From NCBI GenBank assembly GCA_951406725.2, contig OX597827.1, positions 50,344,001 through 50,408,000 of the forward strand: a stretch of DNA of 64,000 nucleotides. Direction: 5' to 3'. The translations under genes and the position numbers were made by a program. Positions within the stretch are counted from its first letter, which is position 1. Every line of letters starts with the position of its first letter. Source of the stretch: Octopus vulgaris. Its lineage: Eukaryota. The notes beneath the pieces are model-generated. The model saw only the letters and a program-made list of their open reading frames with translations. It did not search any database and was not told where the DNA came from. This document shows positions 28,906 through 43,155 of this stretch, in pieces.

Positions 28906-29231
28906 GTCTCTGATTACGGCTCCATTAAGTCAAAATGAATTTGTGGGCTAAACAACAGTAAGAGATATGACAACGTTTTGTATACATCATTACATCATTA
29001 CACTTTAAATAAGTACCGGTTTCATGATCAAACGATTGTCAACTTGTATAGAGAAAAACGTTTTTGCTGTCAATAGGACACCATTTTTGACATCTTTGAC
29101 AGCAAAAAGGTTTTCTCTATATAATTTGACAATCATGAAACCGATACTTATTTAACGTGTAATGATGTAATATGATCCTAATATCACCATAAATTTTACT
29201 ATACAAAGTTTCTGTGACTTTTACATTTCTT

Positions 29232-29360
<129 letters not shown>

Positions 29361-29436
29361 ATGAACGGCAACGGAAATAATGCATGTAACTAGCAGGTTT
29401 TGTTGAAGTATATATATATATATATATATACTGAAA

Positions 29437-30310
29437 TACGAGGTGGTATCAAAAGGTTCCCGGACTAGTTCTGCTTAATAAAAAAATGACTTATTTACCT
29501 AAGTTTTAACATCATCGCCTTCGAAATAGTCACCTTGTGCAGTTACATATAGGCCCCAGCGCTCCCGCTACTTTTGGAATCAGGCCTAGATGTTTTCCGT
29601 AAGTGAGTCGAAGACCTTTTGCGATTCGCTCTTGATTTCGCTAACGGTGCTAAAACGGTGACCTTTGAGCTGCATTTTTATCTTGGAGAAGAGATGGAAG
29701 GTGCTTAATCTGGAGAATAGGGTATGTATCGACGCGATATTATGTTGTTTTTGGCGAGAAACTCAAGAGTGAGGAGAGCTCGGTGACAGAGTTCATTGTC
29801 GCCGTGAAGAATGCAGTTCTTCGTGCTCCACAGAATGTCCTCCCTCAAACGCTCCAACACCTCGCAGTACAACTCTCGATTGACGGTCTGGCCCTAGGAG
29901 AAGAATTCTCGATACACAATGCCACGGATGTCGCAAAGGAAAACTGTGAACATACTCTTCATTGAGGTGCGGCTCTTTTGCCACTCGAAACTTTGCGTAC
30001 GACCATTGCCTCTTTGTCGTAAGCTTACCGAAGCATATTCAATGTCTCTGTAGCAGACCTCCCAATTTTAACGCAAAGCTTCACGTTGACTCTTTGTTCC
30101 AACTTCCTGTCACTGAGAAAATCGCAGACTACAGCATACACCCGAACGCAAAAATACAAATTGCACAACTTGCGAAGTAAACATAGCGATGTTACTCGAC
30201 ACACTGCCTCATGAAGGTCACTGCCAACTCTCACTGCGTACGTAACCGTATGCTGACATCTGTCGGTGCGCTACAGAACTAGTCCGTGAACATTTTGATA
30301 CCACCTCGTA
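29437..30310 (-). mobile_element. Internally deleted mariner transposon
   Basis: TIRs cgaggtggtatcaaaa..ggactagttctg at both ends with TA duplication; EQRVNVKLCVKIGRSATETLNML, PYSPD*AP, LKGHRF, AQGDYFEGD. Confidence 0.92.
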
Positions 30311-33183
30311 ATCCTTTATTTTACTAATGAGATGGTGCTATGTTTATTAATTTTTATTATCTGATATTTTCCTTGTATTTTTTTTTATAGTAATTGTATG
30401 ATTGTTTATCTCAAATAATATTTCCTCCTTTGAAATTAGTTTTTAATCTCATCTTAGTTAAAATTATTTTTTCACACTTTCTTGATTTAAATTTGAAATA
30501 CATCACTTCTCAAAAAAAAAGTAATATCCTTTATGAGGTAAATGAGGTAAATATTTTTCCTTAAAATCTTAATTAAATATTTTTCCTCCACATTGCTATC
30601 TCTCCACTTTTGTGGTCACTGTGGTAGATAAGTTAAATTAATTGACCTATGTTAGATATTGTTTCTATAGCTTAGAATACATTGACTTTTTATATGGTTT
30701 ATAGGGATCAGCTTGGGTTTAAATACGGTAGGAATTCTCACCATATCACCGTATTTCAATCCCATCTCCGCATTTCTACCCTATCCCTCTTCAATATTCC
30801 TCCTCTCATCGCCCATTAAGTACTTTGGTCAGTTATCCATATTGGTACTACTACCATGTCCTGATAGATATTTCTTCTATAATTTTTCACAGTATGGAAG
30901 CATCTTAAGAACAATATACTGGCGTTTATTTTATTGATCCATGTAATACTAAAATGGATTTAATATGGCTCGATTAACATGCAAAGAGAATTGCATTAGC
31001 GTACTACACAATACTATCATATCAGAAACGTACATTAAGACATTTATATGTTAGAGACTTTCAATTAAAAACGTGTAACCCTCCATTCTCTATTGTATTT
31101 TATTTTTGAAATTATTTGTTTCAAAACTGCTCAAGCGCATGTGTTAGATTACTCATGAGGCTGGTGATTTAAATATTATTTCTTACTATATTTTAAACAT
31201 ACCTTACTATATGTTAAACACTATATATATAGCGAAGTCTGAAAAGGCACATAATAAATTAATGAATTTACAATCAATGTAAATTTTTAAAAGTTGCGAA
31301 AAAAGCGCAGTAGCCTCAATGAAGTGAGTAAGAAAGGGTGATGGAAGTCGGAAACAACATGACTGAAAAGAAGAGGGGGAGTAAACAGATAATGACTACA
31401 GCATAATGTTTGAATTAGGTATAAAGGCAACCAATAGAAAAATTTGTTCTCTAAGAATTTTTCATTATTCATTTAGTTGGTAATTAATAAAGCTATATTT
31501 TATCTTATTTTGTTCTGCTTCAGCCGAGTTCAGAGCGCTTATGGTTATGCTTCGATTAATGTTTCAAGGCATAAAAGCTGCACGTGCTCATTGTTTTTGC
31601 TGTATATTCGGTGCAAGAATCTTTGTGATTACTTGTCTGTGCGTTTGTCTTAATATGTGCGTCTGTATATGTGTGTATTTGTCTCTGTGCTTATATGTAT
31701 GTAAGGCAGTCTATTACTGTATTAGTAAGGTAGCTTAAAATAAATAAATCCGTTAAATTCATGCATAATCTGTAAGTTGGCTCTACCATTTTCCGTTTGT
31801 ATGATAATATAAAGATCAGATTGTGTTTAACTGTACGCAAGTTTTTAAATTATTTCCAAAACACACAAAATACAAAAAAATATACTGTTTGCTCTGTATG
31901 ATATTCATTTATCAAGATTGCGTGTAGCAAATATTGCTAAGCCATAGGCTTCTGTATTTTCAATAGACCGATAAAGGTGAAGGTTTCATTAATCCGTATT
32001 ATAATATGAAAATAATTTTTATCGAAACAAAACCTCACAAGATTACAAGATTTGAATACAACTGAGAAGAAAATAAAATAAAAATCTAAAAAGACAAATT
32101 TATATGATTTATTTCAGATCATAATTTCCAGATTAATAAAAACAAACAAGAATTGCGTTTTTCCCCTTGCATTTACTAATTCTGCGCATAATTTCAGAAC
32201 AAATACCTTAGTATTTTATTTGATTGTGCATAAGTTAATTATCTACAATATAAAAATAGAAAGAAAGTATATTTCTGTATTGTGCTCAAGTATCCCAAAA
32301 TCTACAAGCAACAAGAGAACAAAATAAATATCAGCTATATAAAATGGTGATATTATATATGTTGTATTGTTTTTAATATGAAATTACAGTGTTTTCATTA
32401 AAGCTAAACAGTTATGAAAAGACAAAACGCTTAAGCAATCTTGAACTATTATACTTTAAAATATATTATTGTAGATGGTGATGTTGGGACAATGACGACG
32501 ATGTTTATAGTGATAATGACTAAAGTATTCATAGACAAAATCATTTATATTTTTAAAACAAACAAATTTATAGTTGATATTGTTTATGTAATCCAGATTC
32601 TGCTGTGTTGAACGTCATTACCTTGCTTTCATTTTGAAAATACTTTTTATATTTAACTAATGTTTGCTGAATTAATTCTATTCCAAGCATATAGGTAAGT
32701 GCAAGTATGTATACCAAAGAAATTTAACTTGGTTTCTTTTTAGTTATTGGCTAAATTTATTTAGGAATAAAGCCAGAGGGAAGCCAATTGTTTTCAAGTT
32801 CCATGTGATGCTTTTTATTCTTTATCGTTATGGTAACTAGGTAATATCTTTCAGTGTTACCAGATCTTTTGAAAAAAAAAGTTATGACAATATTAATAAT
32901 ATTGAGCTGTTGATGAGAGAGGTATTTAGTTCCAGGACAATAACGAATGACTTAATGAAAATCGAAAACGATTTAATGAGTTAATTTTCAAAATCAAACA
33001 TTATTCGAACATTATGAAGTTATTTTCTCTCTCTTAATCAAGTCTTGAAATTTACAATAAATTGTTATTGGAAATAACCATGACTAAATAAGGATTTTAA
33101 AATAATTGAACGGATTTTTGTGTTGTGATCATAGCTAGAACTGTAATTTAGATAACGGAAAAGTAACGGCTAAACTTATGTTC

Positions 33184-33270
<87 letters not shown>

Positions 33271-33274
<4 letters not shown>

Positions 33275-33385
33275 AGCATAGGCTCGAAAAGTAAAAGACT
33301 TTTCCGTTATTCCCGAGCGTTAAACTAATACATCTGCTTGTTGTTCCTACACATGTCTTCGCCTTTTGTTTTCTGTAAATTTGAC
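33271..33385 (+). mobile_element. Family C terminal-repeat fragment (3' half of HHR)
   Basis: aagagcataggctcgaaaagtaaa...ccgagcgttaaactaatac, directly after (TA)n. Confidence 0.55.
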
Positions 33386-34924
33386 CCCCCCCCACACACA
33401 CACATGACTTACACGGCTCTATTTGTTCAAAATTCATGTTTCATTTCTCATTTAATCCATCTATAACTCAACTACGGTAAGATAATCAATAAATATAAAT
33501 TTGTAAGGTCTGCTCTTTGCATGATAATTATAATTATATATACTATATCTTAGTGAAAGTATATTCAAGGATCCCAACATAAAAATGGTTAATCTTATAG
33601 TAAAACTATCAATGACTTACTAATACTATTTTCATCGGTAAATATTGAAGGTCCACTGATTAAGTTTTTTTTACGGTTTTTCAGCGAAAATACGTTTTTT
33701 GTTACATGCAAACAATATTAGTCATCAACTTTTTTTCTCTCGATTGTATGCTTTCTATTTAATGTTCCAGCTACAAAACTATCAATAATCTAATAATGTC
33801 AGATAATTTTTTAGACTTTGCTGAAAAAGTGTAATTGACATATATTGCCTTTGATTTCGATTTTTCTTAATTTTTTAGGCATCTTCCTAACTACTGTTAT
33901 TGAAAGGATGCTTTCATATACTTCATAGCATCGTTCTTTTCGATTCTTCATTTTCAGATAATCTTTTCTCAATCTCTGCATGTCTTAATCATATTCGTTT
34001 CACTTTCCCAATGTATCAACTTTTCCTCGCAGTTACTTTCTTTAATTTTCTCTGCATTTTTTACTTTTTAAAATTTCTATCCCTTGCCTTTGCCGACACA
34101 CTGTCCACCCTTTGCATTACGCATTCCCTTTGTTTTCATATAACTGTAAAACATTGATATTCATTATTACATTTTCAGTAGTAAATGTTATTATTGTTTG
34201 TTTAGAAAGCAAGCGCAGCATACGCTTCATAAAATTTAAGTAAATTGATTTTTAATTTATATCCTCCAGTAATTCCAGTAATACAGAAAGGGGGCTTTCG
34301 AAAAATTTCCATCCTCACAAAATATGAAAAGCTGGGGAAATCAACAAGGTTTCGATAAAGTTATCGAAGCTGTTAGACAAAGAAAAAAAATATTCTCGTC
34401 ATATTGCATTCCATCAATAGTTTAATATAAAAATTAGGAAAATAAAATATTGTTATATTCGTAGCTACTTTGATTCGGAGTTTTATTTTCTTTATGCCTC
34501 CTGTCACTTCTATAATAAATATTGAATTAATTACATTTCTGGGAAATTGTGATACTGAGGCGCAAGTCGCATATAAGTGGTTCTTCAAAAATATGGCTAA
34601 AACTTTATTTTGTCATAAATATTAAAAGGTTGTTATGTATAGTTTGAAGAACTTTTTACCAAAAGGAATTAGTATAGTTTACCAAATCGTTTAAGAATAA
34701 TCTTTCAAAGTGATATCCAATACTAAACAATTTTCACAAGAAATATACTTTATTTCAATTCATGGAATTAATTCACATTTATTTTAAGCATTTTTTTTGC
34801 CACATACACTTCAATTTTTGTTCCAATTGCTGGGTCTGGAGGAAAGATTTCAATGCCCTTGTAGATCATTCAAGACTGGTAGGATTAATGCCATTAATAT
34901 TTCTCTTAAACTTTTGTAAATCTA

Positions 34925-35370
34925 CAAAGGCAGGCAAGACATGAGCGGAGTAGGAATTCCTGAGAGCCGGTATTCTGGGAATGAGTGGTTGGATGCATCA
35001 AGGATTATTAATAAAGGAGCGGCGATTGCCTGAGAGGAGATAGCATGATTCTTGCAAGATCCGAGGAACAGAGATTTTTATAGTTGAGGTATAAGTTCGT
35101 AGAGAGTAGAGACATAGCACCTGTTCAAGAGTTAGAGCGTGTTTGTGAGTTACATTGTACCAATTAGCCAGTATTGTCCCTGATGTGAAAGCGATATTCC
35201 ATTATAGTGCTCAGATGACTTTTGTAGAGTATCAATAATTGTTGGGGGTGGGATATCTCCTGGCTCTAAAGAGAACTGCCAATCTTTAAATGCATTTTTA
35301 CCTATATCAAGAATGTATTTTCTCCAGAAGATGTCGTCGTAATAGCAAACTTTATGGCGATTGTGAGAGC
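34925..35370 (-). mobile_element. Decayed CR1/Jockey-group LINE RT C-terminal fragment
   Basis: Minus strand KYILDIGKNA..LAVLFRARRY.TPQQLLILYKS...MEY, the usual post-RT motif. Confidence 0.6.
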
Positions 35371-36809
35371 TTTAGCTGGGTGATGACTTCAGTGTGGTGT
35401 TGTGCGATGGCGTTTCTTGATCATGTGTAGCTTTTGTGTTTTGAGTCTAATGAAAACGACAAGATTTGAAAGATCGCTTTAATGTAAACTCAATCTCTAG
35501 GTTTACTTTAAAATTTACTGAATTATTTTAAATATTTGTTTTCTTCTCCTTTCTCTCCTTCCATAATCTACTATCTAAGAAATTCATTTTTCTTGCCATC
35601 ACCTTTTAATTATTACCTGCTATATTTTGATTTCTTCTAAACTTGTAATTTTTCTTTACTTTTCAAACCTACTGCTGGTAGTTCTTATTGGCATGCATAC
35701 TCATTTTAGTGATTGATAGCTGATCATCATTTTAATTATGCTTATACTTTATTCTGCTTTTGTTTTAATTTCTTTTCAGCAAATTAAATCGCAAGGAAAT
35801 AGTTATATCACTCACCAGTAGCTGAAGAACAACCAAAGCAGCAAATACTGTATTTCCGTACAGTGTAAGCTGTTTACAACTTTTTAATAATGTTATCCTT
35901 GTTCAATATCCAAGAAGACAGAGTATTAATATTTGTTATGCTGCACGCTGTTATTCATTTATAAAATCAATACAAATTTGGTTAAATGGACATCGAAGAT
36001 GATTACACTTTGAAATTAGCAATAAAAATATTTTTGGAAATGAAATTCGAACCTCTTTAAAAAGAAATATGGCGTGTAAAAGAGATATTTCACTGTAGAC
36101 GATGATAGTTATTCTGTTTGCGAATTATCTGCATTTCCTTTCAATAGTCATTCTACTCAAACATAAAAACCTTTCGTTTGCTGTTCCAAAATTTATGATT
36201 TTGTTGCTTTGTTTTCCAAGCCTTTTCCGGATGTTCTTTTATTCTTCAGTCAATAATAGTAGCAGTCAATCTGAAGCCCAGCAGTTTGTCAATGAAAACA
36301 TGAGTGGTCAGATATTTTTTTCTGTTTGTGAAACATTTTTTTCAAAAGGAAAGTAATTTTGGAATTAAAATCCCATGCTCCGTAAAAAGAGATGTGATTT
36401 GTGAAAAAAGACGAGCCACATTTGAAAAGGAAAGCTGAAGTAAAATTAACTGGCACAAAAATGAAAGCTGAAACCCTGTTGTAAGCGAAAATATAAAACA
36501 ACATTTGCTATTGATTCGTAACGCTCTGTATCATTTATTTCAAAACTTAACAATATACGGGTAGTGTTAGGAACAATATATTGTCACTGAAGGACGACAA
36601 TAACCGTCTTCTGAAGTAATATAATTATGACATGGAAATATAATCATAAATCGATCCGACCGGTCGGATCGATTTATGATCAAAGCTGCTTCTATCAATA
36701 ATAATTATAGTTTGGATCAATGGATATCTAAAAAAAAAGTGTATACACATATATATAAAATCATAAAAAGGTGATTAAATTGTTAAGCTCCTCGCGTTTA
36801 TTTGGACCG

Positions 36810-36978
<169 letters not shown>

Positions 36979-39199
36979 TTTTGCAATCTGGTAATACTGA
37001 AATATGGATAGTCTATTCGTCGAATTTATTGAAATGGAAAAATCAAGTTCTTAGACAACAAAGCTGACATATCAATATGGAAGACCAGAATATAACATTA
37101 AAAAGGGTAAACTACCTTGTTTATCTCTTTCTCCAGTTCTTTCACTTTCTCTCTTTTTTTATTTTTTTATACGTGTGTGTGTGCACGCGTGTGACGAGAG
37201 AAAAGGAGCGTTAACTTGTAAAAGAGATAGATAGCTAGCTAGCTAGATAGATAGATAGATAGACATGCACATATATATACATGTATGTATATGTATATAT
37301 ATATATATGTATGTATAAATATGAATATGTGTGTGAGTGTATACACATACATACATACATACATACATACATACATACATACATACATACATACATACAT
37401 ACATACATACATACATGCATATATATATATATATATATTTGTATGTATGTATATATGGAATGCATACCTATAAGTTTTTTCCGTTTGTAATTAATTTTTA
37501 GAAAACTGCAGAAAATTGTACTGAAAAGTAATTCAGATTCAATAAATACAAATGTATACAAGCAAACAGAAATAAAGTTTAAATATATTTGTAGTGTTCA
37601 GGCAGGATTTTTTAATCCCACGATTTTTTTCAGACCGTTATATATTTCGGATGTAGGTGAAAAAATATTGACACAGAAAATTTTTAATACTGATAAACTT
37701 TATGAGATTTAAATTAGGTCTACAGAAACATATATTGTAAATTTGTTCTATAAATATCTGAGGATAAAGAAATACGTCTGAACATTCAGTATCAATCTAA
37801 TTTTTATCATCTCGATGCAATGTCGGCTTTTGTGGCATCTTCTTTGAAGTTATACAGTTATTTGCAATCAGTAATCTTCTTTATCTCAGAATTATCAGCG
37901 CCATAATCTTTGTTATAATACGCAAGATTGATTTTCTCAATTAATTACGATCTTTAAACGATGACCAAACAGAAGTTTTGATAACTTGAAGAATAATTTA
38001 TTTATTTTCGCACCTACAAACAATACCAATGCTTGAACTTGAATCTGTCAGATAATCTTTCAGCAATTGAATTTTAAAATAGCTTTAGTTTGTACTATGG
38101 ACTTGCGCTCTATTCGATTTCTGATATGAATTATTACTACCCAATAAAACATTGTTTATTTACATTGAGCCGATATTTCCCTTCAATTTGAGTTTAAGGT
38201 TGCTGATAACTACACTGAGAGCAATCTCTCCTAGCTATATCGTATCGGCTGCAAGTAGAAAGAAACCAACTAAATTCAATAATTTGTAATTTATTCCATA
38301 TCACCTACAAAAAATCAAACGGCAACCTGTACTTGTGCTATACGGTTTGGGCATTGGTGAAATATTATTCAATGTTACCGAATGTCAATTTAGATGGCTT
38401 ATTGTAAGTGCGACTGTTAAACAATACATGCTGTTAATGGACCCGAGCAAAGAGCCTCTACTTGATTGCTCGTCAAACTACAACCAGAAGCCAGATATTC
38501 TTTAAATTGCTCGTACCAGTTGAAATTAGTGAAAACACACACATGTTAATGTAGTCGTAAATTAGATTATAAAGAGGAGACGCCTCAGCCAGGATGCCTT
38601 TTATCATGCCTTCTCTATGTTAATCTGATACAATTCAACTAATTCAATCAATAGTGAATAAAGTTTCATATAACCAACGTGTTTAAGAGGTCACTAAACA
38701 TTGTATTGAATACATGGTTTCTTCTTACTCTGGAATTTAGTGCAATGGCTAATATCACCAATATGCAGTGCAAGAAGTTAAGATATTTAAATACAGAGAA
38801 GCGAACATTAAGCTTACTAACTTCTAATTTGATTCTACTATACACATCTAAGAACATAATGAATTCACATACGAAATATATTCTCTTGCTATCTTTAAAT
38901 AAGAGAATGAGACTAATATGCACTTTCATGGGTTATAGAGCGGACAAGTTGAGAATATAAACGCTTATATTGCTTGTGGTTTTTAGTTTATCGACTCCAT
39001 GCATTAAATTGACTTAACCCTACTAACGACAGTAATAGTGATTTCTAACATAAGTTTCAGATTTAAAGACGGTGGATGGTCGACCTTTATCGTGGATTTT
39101 TTGTTAATATTAAAGTGACTATACTCAGGGATATTTTTGCATAGACAGGAAGATTAAAGCATAAATTGAACTTTGTTATCCAGAAAATGGAAATAAGTA

Positions 39200-39305
39200 T
39201 CAATCCTCACAAATGACAATGTATTTTTAAAAGAAATGAAGAAAATCTTTAAATATAAAGATCTGGAAAAACAGGTAAGCATAATGTGGGAATTGGAAAT
39301 AGAAT
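39200..39305 (+). mobile_element. R4/Dong RLE fragment
   Basis: DNVFLKEMKKIFKYKDLEKQVSIMWEL. Confidence 0.6.
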
Positions 39306-39354
39306 AATTAAAAAACATGTCGAAAATTGATATAAGCAAAATAAATATAAATTC

Positions 39355-39699
39355 AGACGCAGGTAAGAAGTAAACTTCCCAGCCACATGGTTCTGGACTC
39401 ATTGCATGCCACCCTGGGCAAGTGTTTTCTAGTATAGCCTCGAGCAGCATAAAACCTTGTGAGTGGATTTGATAGACCGAAACTGTGAAAAGCAGTGTAT
39501 CTATACACGTGCCATTGGCAATTGCTATTCCTTCTTTGGATTTTTCCTTTCCTCCTTTCCGACGAAGAGTTATGCTCGAAACGTCAACTCTCTCTTTTCA
39601 CCGAGCGTCAAGCTAATAGGTTTCTTGTGCACATCCTCTTGTCCGTTAATTTTACTCGTTTATTTGAATTGATTACTTGTTTGAATTGACCATATATAA

Positions 39700-39733
<34 letters not shown>

Positions 39734-39966
39734 ACATATCTACGTATGTGTGTGTCTTTGTGTTTGTCCCTAACTACTGCTTCAGAGCCGGTGTTGGTTT
39801 ACTTAGATCCTTGTAATTTAGGGAGTTGGTAAAAGATATCAATAGAATTAGTACAAGGCTTTAAATACACTAAGTACTAGCATCGATTTGTTCGACTAAT
39901 CCGTTCAAGGCAGTGCCCCAGCATGTCAACAGTCCAATGACTGAAACAAGTAAAAGATAAAAGATA
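39355..39966 (+). mobile_element. OK-like SINE split by a family C PLE terminal repeat (~39500-39690)
   Basis: Head 39355-39495 and tail 39750-39966 match 5381-5828; insert carries ccgacgaagagttatgctcgaaacgtc (HHR-like). Confidence 0.75.
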
Positions 39967-40099
39967 CAAATGCTAATATCATCTTGGATGAAAAACAAAG
40001 TTAAGAGAATTAGGCCTGAGACTGACCTACAAATATGTTGGGGTTAATGAATTAATAGAGAAAACTCACTGGGAGTACTATAAACGCATTAAATTAACT

Positions 40100-40320
40100 T
40101 TAATACATGATGAAACAAGGTAAAGAGAGATTAGGATTGGATTTAGGTCACGTGGCCAAGTCTTGGCAAGTGTGAGCAAGCTATAAGTGGATAATGAAAA
40201 TAGATTAGTACTTTCTGAGAAGTACAGGGACGAAAGCTGATATCGAAGGATTTCTTACTACGACACAAGACCAGTTTATTCCGAGAAGGAAACATTAAGA
40301 ACAAAGTGAAGTGGAATACA
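40100..40320 (+). mobile_element. Decayed R4/Dong fragment
   Basis: LRSTGTKADIEGFLTTTQDQ versus WLRSSGLKAESEGFILAAQDQ in the 7193 ORF. Confidence 0.6.
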
Positions 40321-40481
40321 AAAGTATAAGTAGAAGTTGTTAAAGATCAGCTTTTGCAAGTTATATAAATATACTTGTATGTATGTATGTATGTATACAT
40401 ATATACATGTGTGTGTGTACATATATATATACACATGTGTATGTATATATATATGCGTATATATATATATGTATATGTTAT

Positions 40482-40790
40482 GAGGCGCAATGATCCAGTG
40501 GTTAGGGTAGCGGACTCGCGGTTGTAGGATTACGGTTTCAATTCCCAGACCGGGCGTTGTGAGTGTTTATTGAGTGAAAACACCTAAAGCTCCACGAAGC
40601 TCCGGCAGTGGGTGGTGGCGATCCCTGCCGTACTCTTTCGCCTAAACTTTCTCTCATTCTTTTTTCTGGTGGCTTGCTCGCTTAGCCAGCGGGGTGGCGC
40701 CATTTGAAGGCTAAAACAATGCGAAGCACATTGTGACCAGTGATGTGTAGCAACATCTGATAGCCTGGTCGGTCACGGTGATCACGTTGA
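40482..40790 (+). mobile_element. OR-like tRNA SINE
   Basis: gaggcgcaatgatccagtggttaggg...cagaccgggcgttgtg head shared with 49228 and 53482. Confidence 0.85.
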
Positions 40791-42155
40791 TATATATATA
40801 TATATGTATATGTATGTATGTTTGTATATGTATACGTATGTATGTGTTTCTCAATGAATGTTGTATATTTTGCTAATCTGTCACAGTTTGATATGTTATA
40901 GTGCTTGTAGTAATAAAATATAAAATATATTTGCAATCGTTGAGTGGTATAAAACCTGAGAATATGAAACGGAATCCATATACACAAACATAGAAATTGA
41001 CAGAATATAATGAGTACAGAATTGCTGGCAGCAGATTTTAGCATAACATCTCAGTTGGAATGTACGTACTAAATTAAACCAAATTTAAATAACCGAGTTA
41101 ATTGTACACATATTGTATATGACATCACATATATTTCATTATTGCTTTAAGTAATATAACAAAACCTATTTAGCAGCTGTTAGAATGTATATAATTTGTA
41201 TTACGTGGAAGTTTTGAATGTAATAAGAGGCAAATTATGATCGTAATCGTAAATGGAAAATGTTATAGTTCTTTTAAAATAGTTATGGATTTGAATACAA
41301 AGTGGTTTTCTTTGATTTAGAGTTGTAGTGAGAAAAGTGATATATTGGATGTTGTACCGTCGCGTCAAAATAATTGCACGCTACCCAGTATGTAAGTAGA
41401 CGTTATTTAATGGTCCAAAATGATGCATACCACGTGGATAGTATTAATTTTACTCCGGTATTTCAGGTTTAGTTGCAATGGTCTTGGTGAGAATATATGC
41501 CGTGAATATTTTGGCGCTCGTATTTTAAATTGTGTGGAAATCAATTGTTGGACTTGCGTTTTGGTGGAGATTGGAATATACTTGGAAGTTTTATAGTTTA
41601 AATGTTTTATATCAGTTTCATTCCTTATATTCAGTGTATTCAAAGGTAAGGCCAATATATTTAACTTCCGTGTGAAAGAAAGGTTGCGTCTACTACCTCA
41701 TCCATTATGTTTCATAATATTTGTAACAGCTTATAGACGGACTGAACACTCAAGATTCTTTAAAACACGTACAGTTTGGGAAAGAATCGTGCGCTGTGTG
41801 TATCTTTCTTTAAATGTCTCCCTTATAAAACCAATATAGGCCATTATCATGCTGTCTGAATCGAGGATGTCGGCTCAGTATACCAGTCCTCTGCCAACTA
41901 ACTGACTGTTTTCGGGGATCTGAAATTGCATAATTATTGTCTTACTTGGGATAGATTTTCTAACTGTGATTGAAGATTTGTGAACTTGTTTCTGAAGGCA
42001 GTTATAGAAAACTGTAACAGTGCCAACAGTAGAAAAAACACTCAATGCTGCACACACTCCAGCAGGTGATGCAGTAGAAATTTGCCTCAATCTACCAAAT
42101 ACTGAACAGTTATATAATAATAGTATAATAATGATGATGATGATGATGATGATGT

Positions 42156-42191
<36 letters not shown>

Positions 42192-42224
42192 GGAGGAGGA
42201 GGAGGAGGAAGATGGAGAAGAAGC

Positions 42225-42660
42225 TCCTGGGTAAATAAAAACATGGAAGTACACTAAAAAGCTCTCTCCACAAAACAAACTTAATCCAATAACATCAGTA
42301 TAATAGAAGGAAAACAAGACTATCATGATATATAATGATGCTTTTAAACAGATTTTTAGAGGTAAGGGAAATGACCGAACAAACTTAAATAACCTCATCT
42401 ATTTCACTGCTAAATTTGTAACTGCTCAACTAGGTATCAGGACAACACAGAAAAGGACCAGCCGTGTCAATAGACCTACAAAAAGTGATCGAATTTTTAC
42501 GGGCGGATGTATCAGTTCTCGATGAACTTGCTAGAGGTGTAAATGCTAAGACGAAACAAGCTAGAAAAATGAAGCAAAACTATAAAATCAGAGATGTTAC
42601 AAACCTCTCTGCCACCAAGGAAATAGTGAAACAACGAACACAACTGAAAGCCCAACGCAA
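42225..42660 (+). mobile_element. R4/Dong ORF N-terminal fragment
   Basis: TNLNNLIYFTAKFV...KEIVKQRTQLKAQR. Confidence 0.6.
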
Positions 42661-42947
42661 TTGCAATTTTTTGTTCAAATACAAAAGCATTTTCATTTTT
42701 GATCTTTATGTTTCAAAAATTTCAAAAATTTATTACAGAATTTTAATCACTACAATCGCTGTTGTCGCTCAGCTACATCAAATGTGGAAATATTCAGCCA
42801 ATAATAGGGAAACAAAATACATGTTCATCATGTGATTCTGAAAAACAATAGCTTCTAAGGCGGGTGGGGCTGGTGGGGGGAGGGCTGGTGAAATGTGACA
42901 GTTCAGAGCAAACAACACCCAGAACAACAATATACATAATGATCTAG

Positions 42948-42955
42948 ATGCTGCT

Positions 42956-43029
<74 letters not shown>

Positions 43030-43043
43030 TAATAATAATAATA

Positions 43044-43075
<32 letters not shown>

Positions 43076-43108
43076 AATGATAATAATAATAATAACAACA
43101 ACAACAAC

Positions 43109-43154
<46 letters not shown>

Positions 43155-43155
43155 G
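42948..43155. repeat. Compound (GCT)(GAT)(AAT)(AAC) microsatellite
   Basis: Directly visible. Confidence 0.97.

Noticed and set aside
36102-36504. Short ORFs in the unique 36-kb tract
   Set aside because: No recognisable domain and frames break at homopolymers; more likely UTR or regulatory DNA
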